From assembly GCA_039096225.1 (NCBI GenBank), contig JBBPEB010000003.1, forward strand, positions 682,001-746,000: a stretch of 64,000 bases of DNA, written 5' to 3'. Positions 1 through 19,610 of this stretch are shown piece by piece. A model generated the notes under the pieces. The model was not told where the DNA came from. It did not search any database and saw nothing but the letters and a program-made list of their open reading frames with translations. Numbering within the stretch: position 1 is the stretch's first letter; the number at the start of each line of letters is the position of its first letter. This DNA comes from Blastocystis sp. Blastoise. Its lineage: Eukaryota; Protista; Bigyra: Opalinata. A program made the translations under genes and the position numbers.

Positions 1-3000
1 CAAAAAAGATTCCATATTAGAATCTAGATAGTTTAATTTTTCGTCTATAAATAATATAGTAAAGTATAACGAAGAAAATACCAATTTTTTTTGTACCAAT
101 CTGTAAATCTGTAAATTCATTAATACAGCCTATCATTCGTTTTCTAAAATCGTTCCATTTATCATTATCATTACTCATTTTTCAGTAAAAATAGTAATAT
201 GAAATTATTCTGAAATTATTATAAAGAGATATAATTATATATAAATAGAAAAAATATTTAAAAAATGGAAATAATTCAAGAAAAAGCATAAAATAATATC
301 ACTATTTCCAAATGGTTGGAAAAAGATTATTCCCATCCAACTGGTATAAAAAGCCTAAGGGTAAACATTCAATTCAAATATACTCTTTAATTCAAGAAGC
401 TATAGGTGCTGATCAGCAGATTTCAAATAACATTCACCAAACAGGTTGCCCCGACAATGAAAATATATCATCAAACATTAATGACATTCTTTTGAATAAT
501 GATGAACAAATCCTAAACAATATTATGAAGGAAATTTTAAACCATGAAGTATATTATTTATATCTATTACAATATTAATACCATATAATGAATTATAATA
601 AAAATTAATATCTTTAGTTTAAAAGAAACAACATAAATACATCGATAGAAGATTCATTACATCAACAGATTTTCACCACTTGGAAAAGACTGAATATAAG
701 CCAAGAATCCGTAATTGAACTAATAAAGCTTGTAAATAATGTTATAATAACAGTATCAAATCAGCCTGAGTTAGAAATACCAAAAAGAGGACAAGATTTT
801 ATTCGTAGATTATCCACAAGAAATGAATATATGCCATTTAGTATAAATATATTTTGGTGTGAAGATTGTAAAAAATTAGTAGACTTTAATACAGGCAGAA
901 ATATTTCTATAAATTCTAGAAATAATTGCAACTCTCTAAATTGTGACGGCTCTCGTATATACCTATATATATGTTATATATAATTATTTAATATATATTA
1001 TATTATATATAAAATTCAATGATATACATTAATATATATATATACATATTTAATAGAACATAGTTATAAATATATATAAATATCGTTATATATAAAATCT
1101 ATAAATTATATTATATTATATTATATTATATTATATATATATATATATATATACAGCTAGATATACTACAGTTTTACCACTGATATCTCGTATTAAACAA
1201 CTCCTCAAAAGCGAAAAATTAATTCAAGATATCGAATTATATAATAAAGAAGATATAGAACCAGCATTACATGATAATTATGTTTCAAATAAAAATCTTC
1301 CTTTATACATGAATGGAGATAATTTTAAGGAGTACATGAAAACAGTTCATAACAACGGTGATATTTTTTTGTTCTTCACAGTAACTTCAGATGGAATTTC
1401 TGTATCTAATTCTCCATTAATAGAAAAGAATAAAAGTTCCCAACCAGTACTCATCAAACTACTAAATTATAAGCCAATAAGATTATATGATAAAAGGAAG
1501 TTTTGGGTATTTACGGTTTCTTCTACAGACGAACGTAGCATTGCTTTACAGCTATTAGTAAAAGAACTTCTACTTTTGAAAGATGGAATACCAATGCTTG
1601 TTTGTAATAATGGTTTGCTTGAAGAAAAAAGAGTAGTTGGAATTCTCTTAGAAGTGTATGGTGATACTGCTGAAATTCAGAAAATAGGTGAATTCACGGG
1701 ACCAGCTTCAAATTATCCATGCAGATTCTGTAATTTACATATTCAAAAAGATAACGATAACTTCCATAAGGGTATAAAGACTTCATATTCAATTATAAAG
1801 CCATTCATAGATTATTCTCCTTTATCTACAACTACAACCATCTTCTATCCTATTTTTACTAGTCTAGTAACAGTTAAAGAAGATTGTATTATCAACGGTA
1901 TTAAATGCATAAATTATACTAAGTATTTCAAGAGTGAAACCCAATCTGATGCATATTCTACAATAATATGTGAAGATAATACAAAAGAAACTATTGAGAT
2001 AGCAAGAGAAGAAACCTCATCAAGAACTTCTATGAACGGTATTAATTCAAAAATAAGTGTATTCGAAAGACTTCCATATTTTAATGCAGCAACGAGCTAT
2101 AATATTGACCCAATGCACATGTTTAACAACACTACAGTTCTTCTTCTGTCATTATTATTAGGATTTGACACTATGAAATATATAGATATTTTAAATAAAC
2201 ATAAATACAATAAGCCTGATGAAATGCTAAAAAGACTACAATTATCATCAGATAACATTAAAATACTGAAGAGTAGATTAGAATATGTAAATTCTTTTTT
2301 TTATGATAGTGAAAATCAATTTCGCTTCGCTTTGGAAGAAACCAGTTTTTTTAAAATGACATCACACAGTAGAATCTTCTTTGCTTCATATATATTGCCA
2401 CTAATAATGTCAGACTTTAATCAGACAGATTCGTTATTAGTTCCTTTAGTAGAAATTCAAGCTGATATAATTATGTTATGTACTTTAAAGAATCAAATGT
2501 TAACAATAGAAGATTTAAGCATAATAAACTCTAAGTGTTATATATTCCTCTTCTTATGTGATCTAGTTTTGCCAAAAGAATTTATCAATAGTCAGATACA
2601 TTATTTCTCTCATTTAACGAAATCAATTCAAAATGCTGGATCTCTTCAATATACTAGTACCTGGGAATCTGAAAGGTTTTATTCATCAATAAAACGGCTT
2701 ACACATGGAAGATTCTTCTTCAATAAATCTTCAATAATTAGCATGGCTTTAAAAGAAATAATAGATATAGATATAGCATCTTCAATAATTAATAGTTCCT
2801 TAGATATAATTATTCAAAAAAGGAAAATAGATACATATGAAGATGATCATACTAACAATGTTATTACTCAAAACATCGTTGTTCAGTCGGATAGTAGTTC
2901 AATAGCAGCTCATATTGTTACATTTAATGCTTATGAGTGTGTGTACTACGTTACTGACCAAACTCAGAAGATTTATTCAGTAAAGGGCATAAGAGAAAGT

Positions 3001-3960
3001 ATTAATAATAATAATACTCAATTATTCACGGAGTCATTCTTGAAGCATATAATAAGAATGAATAGCGTATACATTAATAATAAATTATTTTCAAGTCTAA
3101 ATGTTGGTGATCTAACTACAGAAAGCAGAATAGAATTATTAAGAGATTCAAATAATCTTCATAATGTAATGGAGAACGCCAAGAAATTAAATATCTTTAG
3201 ATATTCGGAGATTTTGATCAATGATTCATTATCTTTTACGTGCACAGACATTGACGAAGGAGTAGAAAAATTAGATAACTCCTATTTGATGTATTATGAT
3301 TACATAAATGGAGCAAGCCATGTTTGCTTAGTAAAGGCATTAGAATACATTCAAATAGAAGACTTATTTATTGTAAATGCTCATCATTATCCTGATACAA
3401 AATCATCAAAGAGTGGTCTTTTTTTTAAAATATATAATTCAAATAATTTAATATATAAAGATCCATATAATCTAGATGATATATATATTAATATAAAAAA
3501 AATAGTTCCAACAAATGTTATAGTATGTGACATCCATAACTTCAAGGAATCAAATGAAGACAATGACGAAGATTATTGTTGTGTATATAACATATATGAA
3601 TCTATATGTAACTATTATTATATTTTGTATATCATGTTGATATAATTTATATATATATATAGAATGAGGTTCACCAAACTAAAAGAAAACATCAAGATAC
3701 TTTAGCAAGTGCCGACGAAGTTACAACCACAACAGTATTTATTCCACGAACATATACACGTGATATAATATAACTCAAAAGCATATCCATATATTGATTA
3801 TGTATTACATATAAATCCAAATATATATAATAATCTTTTGTTTGGTTTATAAATAAATTTACATGCTTTCATTTAAGTCTTTAATTATCATATTTAATTT
3901 TATTTTTAATTTGCAAATACGGAAATAGTTGGCAACATTAACGGAAAAAGCATAAAGGAG
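1..3960 (+). mobile_element. DNA transposon carrying the transposase; left end probably outside the window, right end approximate
   Basis: Transposase gene; GC-richer segment 3913-3960 with two ACGGAAA repeats abuts the degenerate end of the neighbouring gene. No TIR pair is visible within the window. Confidence 0.55.
312..3773 (+). CDS. CACTA/EnSpm (CMC superfamily, Transposase_21/DUF4218-like) DNA transposase, 4 exons, ~1036 aa
   Basis: GT-AG introns 549-617, 955-1156 and 3583-3662 give a continuous frame. Motifs: CxxC..CxxxxC, YTTVLPLISRIKQLL, TSDG, GDTAE..GPASNYPCRFC, IDPMH, HYFSHL..GSL..TSTWESERF. Confidence 0.85.
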
Positions 3961-6900
3961 ATATTATATATACTAATAAAGAATACGTAGATAATGTATT
4001 CATAATATTAAAAGGAAGTTTTCATATTGTTATATAAAATATACGAAGAATCAGAGTATTATAAATTCATTTAGACTATTTTTATATAATAATGTATATT
4101 TTCTATAGAATTATAAGGATTATCAGATTGATCTTCATTTATAATATTTAAAGATAATAAAATAGGTGAATATCGTTGACCATGTAAAGGAATACAATCT
4201 CCAGAAGCACATGCTTGAGAATGATATATAGAACATCTATTTAATAATAAACATTGTGAAGGATGAGAAACACATTGACCATTTGGACATATATAAGATT
4301 GATTTATAGGACAAGAATATGTATTAGAATTTAGAATAGAAGAACATTCATTTCTTGTAGAAACACAAGTACCATTAGAACATAATATAGGATGAAGAGG
4401 AGAACAACCATTAATAAATGTACATTCATTAGCATTCCTTACACATTCTCCTCGAATACATTTATAAGGTCTTTCATGAGGACAAGAATGATATGTATAT
4501 TCAGTTGTACAATTATAAGAATATTTCACACAACGACCTGTTGGACATTTATAGGGAGAAGATAATGGACAACCTATATATATTATTATTATTATTATTA
4601 TTTATTTATTTATTAATATATAATATATAATAATAAACATACCATTATCACTAAGACAATCTTCTTCTTTTTCAACACATAATCCATTATATAATCCTGT
4701 TTTACACATATAATTATAAGGAGACGTACATATAGTTCGATCAGTACATAAAGAAGAAGAAGCACGACAACTACCATCAGAACAACGAATATAATTTGTA
4801 TTATAATTACTTGTATTACAAGGCATAATCAAAGGACAATCTGTATATGATTTCACACATATACCTATAGCACATCGAATTGGTTTATCTTCACTACAAA
4901 ATGAAGGAAGACTAGAAAAATAAGAATATAAATATTGACGATCTACAAAATAAACTAAAGGAGATTCAAAGAGTTCTGAAGAAAATAAGGATAGTTTATT
5001 ATTATTATTTATTAATGTATGTTCATATTCATTTAATAAAGGAGATGATTTCTGAAGATTATTTTCTGTAAAGAAAGATTTATCCATATATTTCATAAAA
5101 GAATCGATTATTGTATTATATAGAGTATTTATTATAGATTTTATATTATTCATTATTTTATTAATATAACTATTATTATTTATATCTGTATTCAATAATG
5201 AATTAACAAATAAAAAAGGAGAAGGAGATGTATCTTCAGGAATAAATGAATAAGAAGAATAAGGACAATAAAAAGTAGATATCATACATAAACCATTCTC
5301 ACATTGTTTATATGGAGCAACACATAAAGCTAGATAATAGTTATTTATTATTATAAATATAAATATTATTATTAAATAAAATAAAATAAAAAAAAAATAA
5401 AAAAATAAAATAAACAAACATACGACTACATTCTTCATCTTCTTTTATACATTCACCATTATAACATGATTTAGGTTTAGAAGAAGAGCAACCATTCGAA
5501 AGAGGACAATCTTCTATAGATTGACGACATGTACCATCTAAACAACGTATATATCCATTAGTATTACAAGTCCAATCACAAGAAGAATGATAAATATCTA
5601 TATTATTCTTTGAACTATCTTTTGAATAACATATTAATGTATTATGACACCATCCACTAAATTGATCATTATTACAATTATCATTCGATGTACATTCTTC
5701 TTTTGAAGATACACATAATCCTGAAATACATTTATAAGGTTTAAACATAGGACATAAAGGTTCAGAACATAAAGAAGAATCACGAACACATGTACCATCA
5801 GAACATAAATATTTATCATAACTACAAAAACCAGTCACATAATGATCACTTTCCATTGAATATTTATCTAAAAAAAGATATTTATTATATTATAAAAAAA
5901 TATATATTATAAAATAATAATATTATAAAAAAATAAAATAAAAAAAAAAATACAAATAATAAAAAAAAAATAAAATAAAATAAAATAACAATAAACACCT
6001 ACTATAATAACCTTCATATCCATTAATACAATCACTTCGATCTTTAACATATTCTCCATGAATACTACAGAAACTAGTAAATTTAGTAACTTGTCTTGCT
6101 CCAGTAGTAATACATTTACCATTAAGACAATTCGAAGGTACATAAGGAGGTATAGGTGGACAATCATCTTCAGAAACATGACATGATTGATCCCAACATA
6201 ATATAGGATTTGTAGTTGGACAATATAATAATGGACATTTCTTTGTTATAAATACACAACTACCATCATTACATAATTTATAATTAATAGGACAATGAAT
6301 AGTATTAAGACATTGATTCTGATGATAATGACATAATCCATCACTACATAAAATAGGTTTATTTCTTGGACATATACGATAAGAAGGACATTGTTCACTT
6401 TGAGATATACAACTACCCTCTATACATCGTTTACTACCTTTAGGACAAAGAGGAGGAGGAATAGAATTCGATAAGATATTCGATTGAAAGGATGTATCTG
6501 TAGATAATGGATCCCAATAATATTTATTTATAGAAGTTAAAGATCCTTCTATAGAAGCAATAGGATCTCCTGTAGGTATAAAATAGGGAGATATACTATA
6601 TATATAATAACTATCATCACTATAATGTATATTATATCTTCTACAAGGATAAAATTGATAATTACGTGAACATAAATGTTGATATCGATCTTTTATTTTA
6701 TTTATACAATTATTTATATCTTCTTTATTATTATATACATTACATACATCTATATACATTTCTAAATATTTACTAACACATTGTTCTATTGTATGTTTTA
6801 TATTTAAATCTGATTTTTCATGATATTCTGTTATATCTAAATATTCTTCATTATATTCTTGTAAAGAATTATAGATATAAGGGAATATATTAGTAACACC

Positions 6901-7745
6901 ATAAGTACTATCTTCAATCATATAACAACCTCCATCTTCACATCTCATTTCATTATCTCTACATACAGATATAGTAGGACATAAATAAGAATGTTCTACA
7001 CATATTTTTTGATAATCACACATATAGAATCCTAATGGACAATGATAATTAGATTCATCAGTACATAATGAATAAGAAGATACACAATAACCAGTATCAC
7101 ATAATATAGGACTCGTAGTAGGACAAATAACAGGACTTGAACATAATAAACTATTTCGTACACATGTTTTACTAGAAGAACAATAATATGGATAAGCAGA
7201 AGGACAATGAGATGTTAATAATATTGAAGGAGAAGGAATAGTTATATTTGTAGTAGTTTCTAAAGATTTATTTTATTATAGTTTTTATTATTATTATATA
7301 ATATAATATATATATATATACTTCCTTGTTGATTTCTTTCAATAAAATGAATTTGTGAATAACAATCTTTAGTATTTTCAACACAAGTACCATTATCACA
7401 AAGAATAGGTTTTTCAAAAGTACATAAGATACTAGGTCTACATTGTTGATAGAATAAAGCACATCCTCCATTAGGACAATTTATATAAGGAGATCGACAA
7501 AGAGGTGTTTGAGAACAATAAAAAGATGAAGGTTTACATGTATTATCAGGACATAATACAAGAGGAGAAGGACATGTAAATCTATTAAAGAAAATATATA
7601 AATATTATAAATATAAATATAATAATATATAATAATGTAATATAAAATCAATAAAGAATAGCTCAATAATAATAATATTTTATAATTTAAAGATAATAAT
7701 AAATATAAATTATACTTATAATGATATATATATATATATATATAC

Positions 7746-13102
<5,357 letters not shown>

Positions 13103-13578
13103 TTATTTTTTGATTTGTAAATTATTTTCATGAGTAAGTAGTTTTAAGTTATTTGCTTCATGCTTGATTATTGTATCCCAAAAGTTGTAGCATAAAAATT
13201 GAAAGTAAATTTTCTCTATATACTTAATCAGTATACAAAACTTTTAAAAGACTATTGTTTATGACTATGACAACTGCTTGGTTGTAAAATAATATCTAAA
13301 TAGTTTGATTTGAAGGATTCTTATTTGATTCTGGAAAAAAATGTTCTATTTTAAAATTCAAACAAACTTTTCTGTTGGATTCCTTTTTATCATAATAAAA
13401 TAAACTAAAAAAACAATCCTAGAAGCCATGTCTCCTGTGATATGCTTTCAAATATAAATACACTCAGATTTGAACAACAAAAATTTTCCCGTAAATAAAA
13501 TACAATTCAAAAATTCTGGTCTGACTGCCCATGGAACAAATAGGCTCGGTTCAATTTTTCAGTGTAAAAAAAATATAA

Positions 13579-13966
13579 ATTTTTGACTTTTTGGCTGAAT
13601 TTTGGTTCTGACCCATAGAGGTCAGCTGATTGACTTTTAATTACATTTATGACTCTAACAGGGCCTAAACTTTAAACAGAGCAACAAAAGGTTTTAAAAT
13701 ATTGACCGCATTAATTCACAAAATTACGACTTTAAAATAAATAAAAACGTTTTGGATATTGTGTAACCCTCTACAATAAAAAAATAACGTCAATTCTTTA
13801 TTAAAATATGTCTAATAGGGTTTTTAAAGTCTAATAAAACGTCGTCTTAAAATTTTTGTGAAAATTTTCATTTTTTTGCCTAAGTCTTTTTTTTCTTGAG
13901 TTTTCATTGGCTGAATCAATTTTGAACGAAAATCAACCAATTGAAATGCTTTAAAAAGTCAAAAAT
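13579..13966 (-). other. Nested inverted-repeat (structured RNA-like) element starting at the micro-gene stop codon
   Basis: Perfect 14-bp IR 13579-13592/13953-13966; 10-bp IR 13728-13737/13822-13831; hairpins 13608-13625 and 13747-13790. Confidence 0.55.
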
Positions 13967-14342
13967 GCCTGACAGTGAAATTGGTTTCAGCATTTTCTTC
14001 CTTCATCAAATCATCTTCAGGAATAGCATCACCTATATATAGTATATATTTTAAATAATATAAATTAATAAAATACAAAAAATATTTAAAAATAACATAA
14101 AAAAACAATAAAAACAACAATTCGAAAAAACAACCTTTGTTTAAATTACAAATAATTGCTTAATCAAATAGACAATACATAAAAACAAATAATTATGGAA
14201 AATAAAACAATGTAGATAAATATATACTTGGAATGACAGGAGAATGTTCTTCGTCGTTTTGATTGAAGTTCAAGAAACGTAAGTAGTAAGGGCAGGCAAC
14301 GTAAGCGGCATCCAAGGCTATAGCTAAAAGAGCAGAAAGCAT
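13959..14342 (-). CDS. 62-aa micro-protein with a hydrophobic N-terminus and acidic tail (MLSALLAIALDAAYVACPYYLRFLNFNQNDEEHSPVIPSDAIPEDDLMKEENAETNFTVRHF)
   Basis: Exons 14342-14228 and 14032-13959, with GT-AG intron 14227-14033 in matching phase. Many C-ending codons. Ends TTT-TGA. Confidence 0.6.
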
Positions 14343-17300
14343 TTTTGTTTTGTTAAAAGAACAAAAAAAGATTAAAAGGTGAAAGAAGGGTAAAAGAGAG
14401 CTTAAAATAGTTGAATTGATTAGAATGATGACAGAGCCGTTTTTATCCAATAGTTTATGTTTTTTCATTTGTTATCGATGACAATCTGTGTTTCAGTCTT
14501 TGTCATTCATAAAAATGTTCAAATATTCATGAGAAATGAAAGGTAGACTAGTCATTTTTTCGATTTTTCACTTATTGTTGGTTTATCATAGAAGTAAGAA
14601 ATTCTTACTATTCAACCTGTCCTTCGTGACAAACCTATAGTCAGACAAAATAGCCAATAGTTGTGTTTGTTTAGGATGGAGTTGGTTTTATAATCAATTG
14701 TCTTTGTCCTTCTCTAGGAGAGTGGTCCTGAATGTTTTAAAGTGTTTTTATATTATAAAATAATAAAATAAGAATTATTTATATGATGATAAGAGAATCG
14801 ATGACTGACAAAAACAAAGAATGTGTAAAGACAACTTTATGAAAATTTTATTTTGGAGAGTTGAGAGAGTGTAGAATGTGATGACAATCGTTTTGAGCTA
14901 TTTAAAATATAGGGAAAAAGTGACTTGTCAAGATTCCCTCCATATGAGTCGATTTTCTTTTATTATAAAAAGAATATTTAAGCATTATAAGTTAATTTAT
15001 AGATGTTCAGTATTTATTAAATGATATTGAAAGCAATAAATGAATCAAAAAATATATTTTAATTGTAGATTCGTAAATATTTTCTTTAATTTTTATTACT
15101 ATATAGGTTTTTTAATACGAATACGATGATCTGGATGCACTGTTTTGTTCACATCCAGAAATAGATGACAAAAAGCAGAAAAGGAATGGTCGATGTTCGA
15201 AAACTTATGGTGCAAAATACTCTTTATGATGTGTTCAGAGTGTTCTAGGTATATAGACTATTTCATAATTATGTTTCTAAAGAAAAAAAAGATGAAAAGG
15301 TTTGTTAAGACTTGATTGAGTTAAGTTCAGTTTCAAATGTGATAGAATATGAATATGTTAGATAGAAATGTGAATAAGTATTGAAATAAGTATATTTTAG
15401 GTATTTAGAATAATTATTATTTCTTTTTTCTAAGTTCTAATGGATAAATGAATATATATAGATGAGCAAATAGGTGAATATTCTTCAACTCAAAGAATTC
15501 TTTGTTATTTTTTATTGTTAAAAAGAAATATTGATTTTTTATTGAAAAGAAGGGTATGAAGTTATACATAGTATATATGTTTTTATTGAGCTATTAAATT
15601 TTTTATATTATTCTAATGTTTAGTATATATCCTTCTACTTGTTTTATTATATAAAAATGTATATTTCTTTTTATATGAATTATTAGTCTGACGAATGAGG
15701 ATGATATTTTTGTTTAATTACTATTATGTTTATATATGTTATATATACTATATTATTCAATTTATATAATACTTTTATATTGAACATAATAATAATGTTA
15801 GATAAAAGAGTAGTTTATAGTATGCTCTTATTTAAATAAAATTACATCTTTATACCGGTTTTATTGTTAGGTATTCTATTGAATATTCTTTGATATCAAA
15901 TAGATAATTATACTTATAAATAACAAAAAAACATCATCTAATAATATATAACAATTTATTGCTTTTATTAGTAACTAGTATTGCAATTTGTATAGAATAA
16001 AGTATAACTTTACAAATACTTTTATTAGCAAGAAGAGTATATATAAAGAATATTCAACATAAAAACAAAAATAACCATTACAAATACATTAATATATAAA
16101 CATATCTAATAATAATAGTTTATAGTACTATATCTCTATATAAGAGAGATATTACAGTTAGATATATAATAAATAGAGAGATATAAATATTTATATATAA
16201 CAAGAAAAATATATTATTTATAAGAATGAATATAGGAATAATAATAATCAAATAGATACATAATAATAAAATATATTGATAGATATATACATTTTTATCA
16301 ATGATTATTATTTAAATTATAGACAATGAAATAAATCACGAATTCATTTTCTATTTCTTTTCATACTGTAGAGATCATGTAATAGAATATATAGATATTT
16401 ATTTATAATATATATACCTTATCTTCTTCAATACTATCAAACTAAATACAAAGAATATCTTCTTATTCCCAATTGAGTCATTCTACATATCTAATACTAT
16501 TTGAATCTGAGGATACTCAAGGGAATAAGTATTATTACTTCAAATGATAATTATGTATTTTCTATTTTTCATGTTTTTTATTATCATAAATATCTATATA
16601 TATAAAATTCTAATAAAAACCATTTAATAATAAATATGTTTAATAATTATATACTTATTCATCTTCTGAATGTCTATATATACTATAACAAGTGATTCTT
16701 AATAGTTCGTCTTAAATGTTATTATTTATTTTAAATCATTCAAGAGAGTTTTATTCTAGGGATAAGAAGAATCTATATATATTCTTTTAATAAAATAACT
16801 CATAAGAATTGGAGGGAAATATGAAATTTATTATTTCAAGATAAAATAGATATAATTATATATAGAATCATACCTTCTAAAATATATAAAAATACTCTTC
16901 TTTGTTAGAATACGGAATAAAGAATAATGTATTTGATCTTCTTTTATTGTTGATATTTAAAGAACTCTCTATATAAATTAATAGACTATTATATAAATAT
17001 AAATACATTTAATAATAAATATTCTTCTCAAATAAAAGAATAAAAACCATTGAATACTTTTATTGACTCTCATAACTTCATCTTATGCAATCTATATTAA
17101 TCATATAACTATATCTAAACATACATCATAAAAAGACAGAAAACTGTCATGAAGATCATCTTAATAATATGAATAACCATTTGAATGGTTGCTACAAGTG
17201 TCCTTATCCTTCAGATAATTCCAGATATTCTCATATTTGAAAACACTAATTGTGGAAGAATTCTTCAAATGACAAGAAATATTATGCTTCTTAGATTTTT

Positions 17301-17638
17301 AAGACATCAGAGAAACTCTAGAGTATGTGAAATTAATATATTTAATAAAAATAATGATATACTTTATTTTCTAGCAATCAATCACATTTTTCCTTCATTA
17401 CTATTAACATTCTTATTATTTTGATATTTGAATTATCTTTATTCATCGAATACATAGTGAACTTAATAAAATATAATTTATAAGAATCACACGATACTAT
17501 AGAAACAACAAAAAACGAAGAATTCGAATCACTTTCAATAAACATGAACTTTTCGATTATTTCACTATGATGTCAAATTATATCTTTGGGAAAAAACAGA
17601 ATCCTTTTTTATTATTTTTCTTCGTTTGGCATTGGATA

Positions 17639-19233
17639 ATGGTGAAGGAAAATATGAAATTTGATGCTAGTAAGATAGGTGATATTCAGAAGGATGTGAT
17701 CCATTTTGAAAGACTGATTGGTGATTTGATTGGTATTTTAAGTAAGTCAATAAGTTTCTGTATTCATTCTGGTGAGTCAGTGAATGAATTAGTGAATCGA
17801 TTAACAAGCAATTGTGAAGGAATGAATGATGAGAATGGTGATGATCCAAGTATAATTATCCAAAAATCTTCATATGTTGATGAAACTGATGCTACTATGA
17901 GTAATAATGATAATGGAATTGATTATATTCGATTTAAAAGCGACGGTCCTCTTTATTCTCTTCCTAAAAGAATAACAAATAGTTTAGTAGGAACATATTT
18001 ATATGAATGTTCTCAAGAAAAGCGAACTATTTATGGTGATATATATTTAGATTATTGTGGTGATGAAACAGTAGCTCCTTTATTAATTGATTCTTTAATG
18101 AATAAGAAAGTGAATATTGAAGAGTTGAAAATAAGTGATCAAATTGATTTATTGAATTTATTTGAGTATTGTGAATTACCTATTCCTGAAGAATTAACAT
18201 TAATATATAATTATAGAGATCATATAATGAAGCGATACGAAGAAGGTGATATTATTACTGCATATATTAATAAAAGTGAAGATGAACTGATTAGTAAATA
18301 TATAAGTATGAATAATAATGGTTATTATTGTTGTTATTCTTATGCATATGGGTATGTAGATCGTGATATTGACACTAATAAATTATGGATTAAGTTTAAT
18401 TTTAAATATATTCAATATATATATGAATATATTTATCATAATTGTATATGTATACCTACTGAAGAAATAAATACTATCGATAGATCTTTATTAGAGAATG
18501 AAATGTATACTGTATTTGGTCAGAAAGGAAGAGAAGCTGTTAAAGACGGCTGGGGTGTTAATACTCATTTCCCACATTCATATATAGTTAATAAAAATAC
18601 TGAAATTAATTTAATGAACTGGTTTGGTAGTTATAATGGAGAATGGAAATTACTATTTAGGTATATATATTATTTATTATTATACTTATTATATAGAGCA
18701 AGTGAGCATCGTTATTCTGCAAAAGAATTTCATAAATATTGTGACAATAAAAGAGAAACAGTGACTATAATCAAACATAAAGGTCATGATAATCATATTA
18801 ATATATTTGGAGGATTTGCATATAGTATATATAGATAATTATTTTATTTCTATTTCGTTTATATTTATATGTATTATAATAATTAGTAGATAATGAATGT
18901 AGATACAATAATAGACAATATTTGTTTACATTAAGTAATGAACATGATATTCCTCCTACTAACTATAATCGCATAGAAAGATATGGGGAGAGATACAACG
19001 ACTACAATTATAATTATAATGATAATTATGATTCTAATACTGGTCCTCAGTTGGGAGAGAATGATATTTATATATCAGATGATTGTCATAATAATACAAA
19101 TTCTTATTGCTATGCGAGTAATTATGAACAATCAGAAACAACTCAAAAGTGTTCATTATTTGTAAATACTGATACTTTATACAATAAAAATCATTTTAAA
19201 GTAGAAGAATATGAAGTTTGGGGAAGAGGTTAA
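17639..19233 (+). CDS. TLDc-domain protein with N-terminal BTB-like region
   Basis: WKLLFR|ASEHRYSAKEFHKYCDNK.ETVTIIKH..IFGG, GPQLG..DIYISDDC, FKVEEYEVW. Introns 18661-18696 and ~18824-18886. An alternative upstream ATG lies at 17567. Confidence 0.85.
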
Positions 19234-19610
19234 TTGTTTATTATATATAATTATTTTATTTATATATATATATTTTCTTGTTTTATATATTGTTTGTTTT
19301 GTTTCAGTCATATATAATATTTGTTTTTATTATTGAATAGTTTTGTTCATAGAAAATAATATATTTTAAACTGACTTAAATAATTCATTAAAAACGTTAA
19401 TATTATTTGATACTCTTTATTAAAATAAATAAAAATTAATACGAGAAAAATAGATTATTTTCAAATAGAAAAATATACATTATATCTAAAAACTATAACA
19501 TTTATAACATGAGAAAGCAACTACTATATCGTGATATAATTCTTTATCGAATAAATAATAGTACTACAAAAAAATGAAAGCAAAAATTCTATATATATAT
19601 ATTATATGAT

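Noticed and set aside
13560-13960. SECIS, telomerase RNA (TAACCCT at 13764) or snRNA identity for the structured element
   Set aside because: I found no AUGA/AA/GA quartet with a proper stem; the template match is only 7 nt; no U11/U12/SRP/RNase P core motifs were recognised.
13915-13961. Ornithine decarboxylase antizyme (+1 frameshift at UUU-UGA)
   Set aside because: ORF1 size and shift site fit, but the +1 frame closes after 14 codons and no antizyme motif follows.
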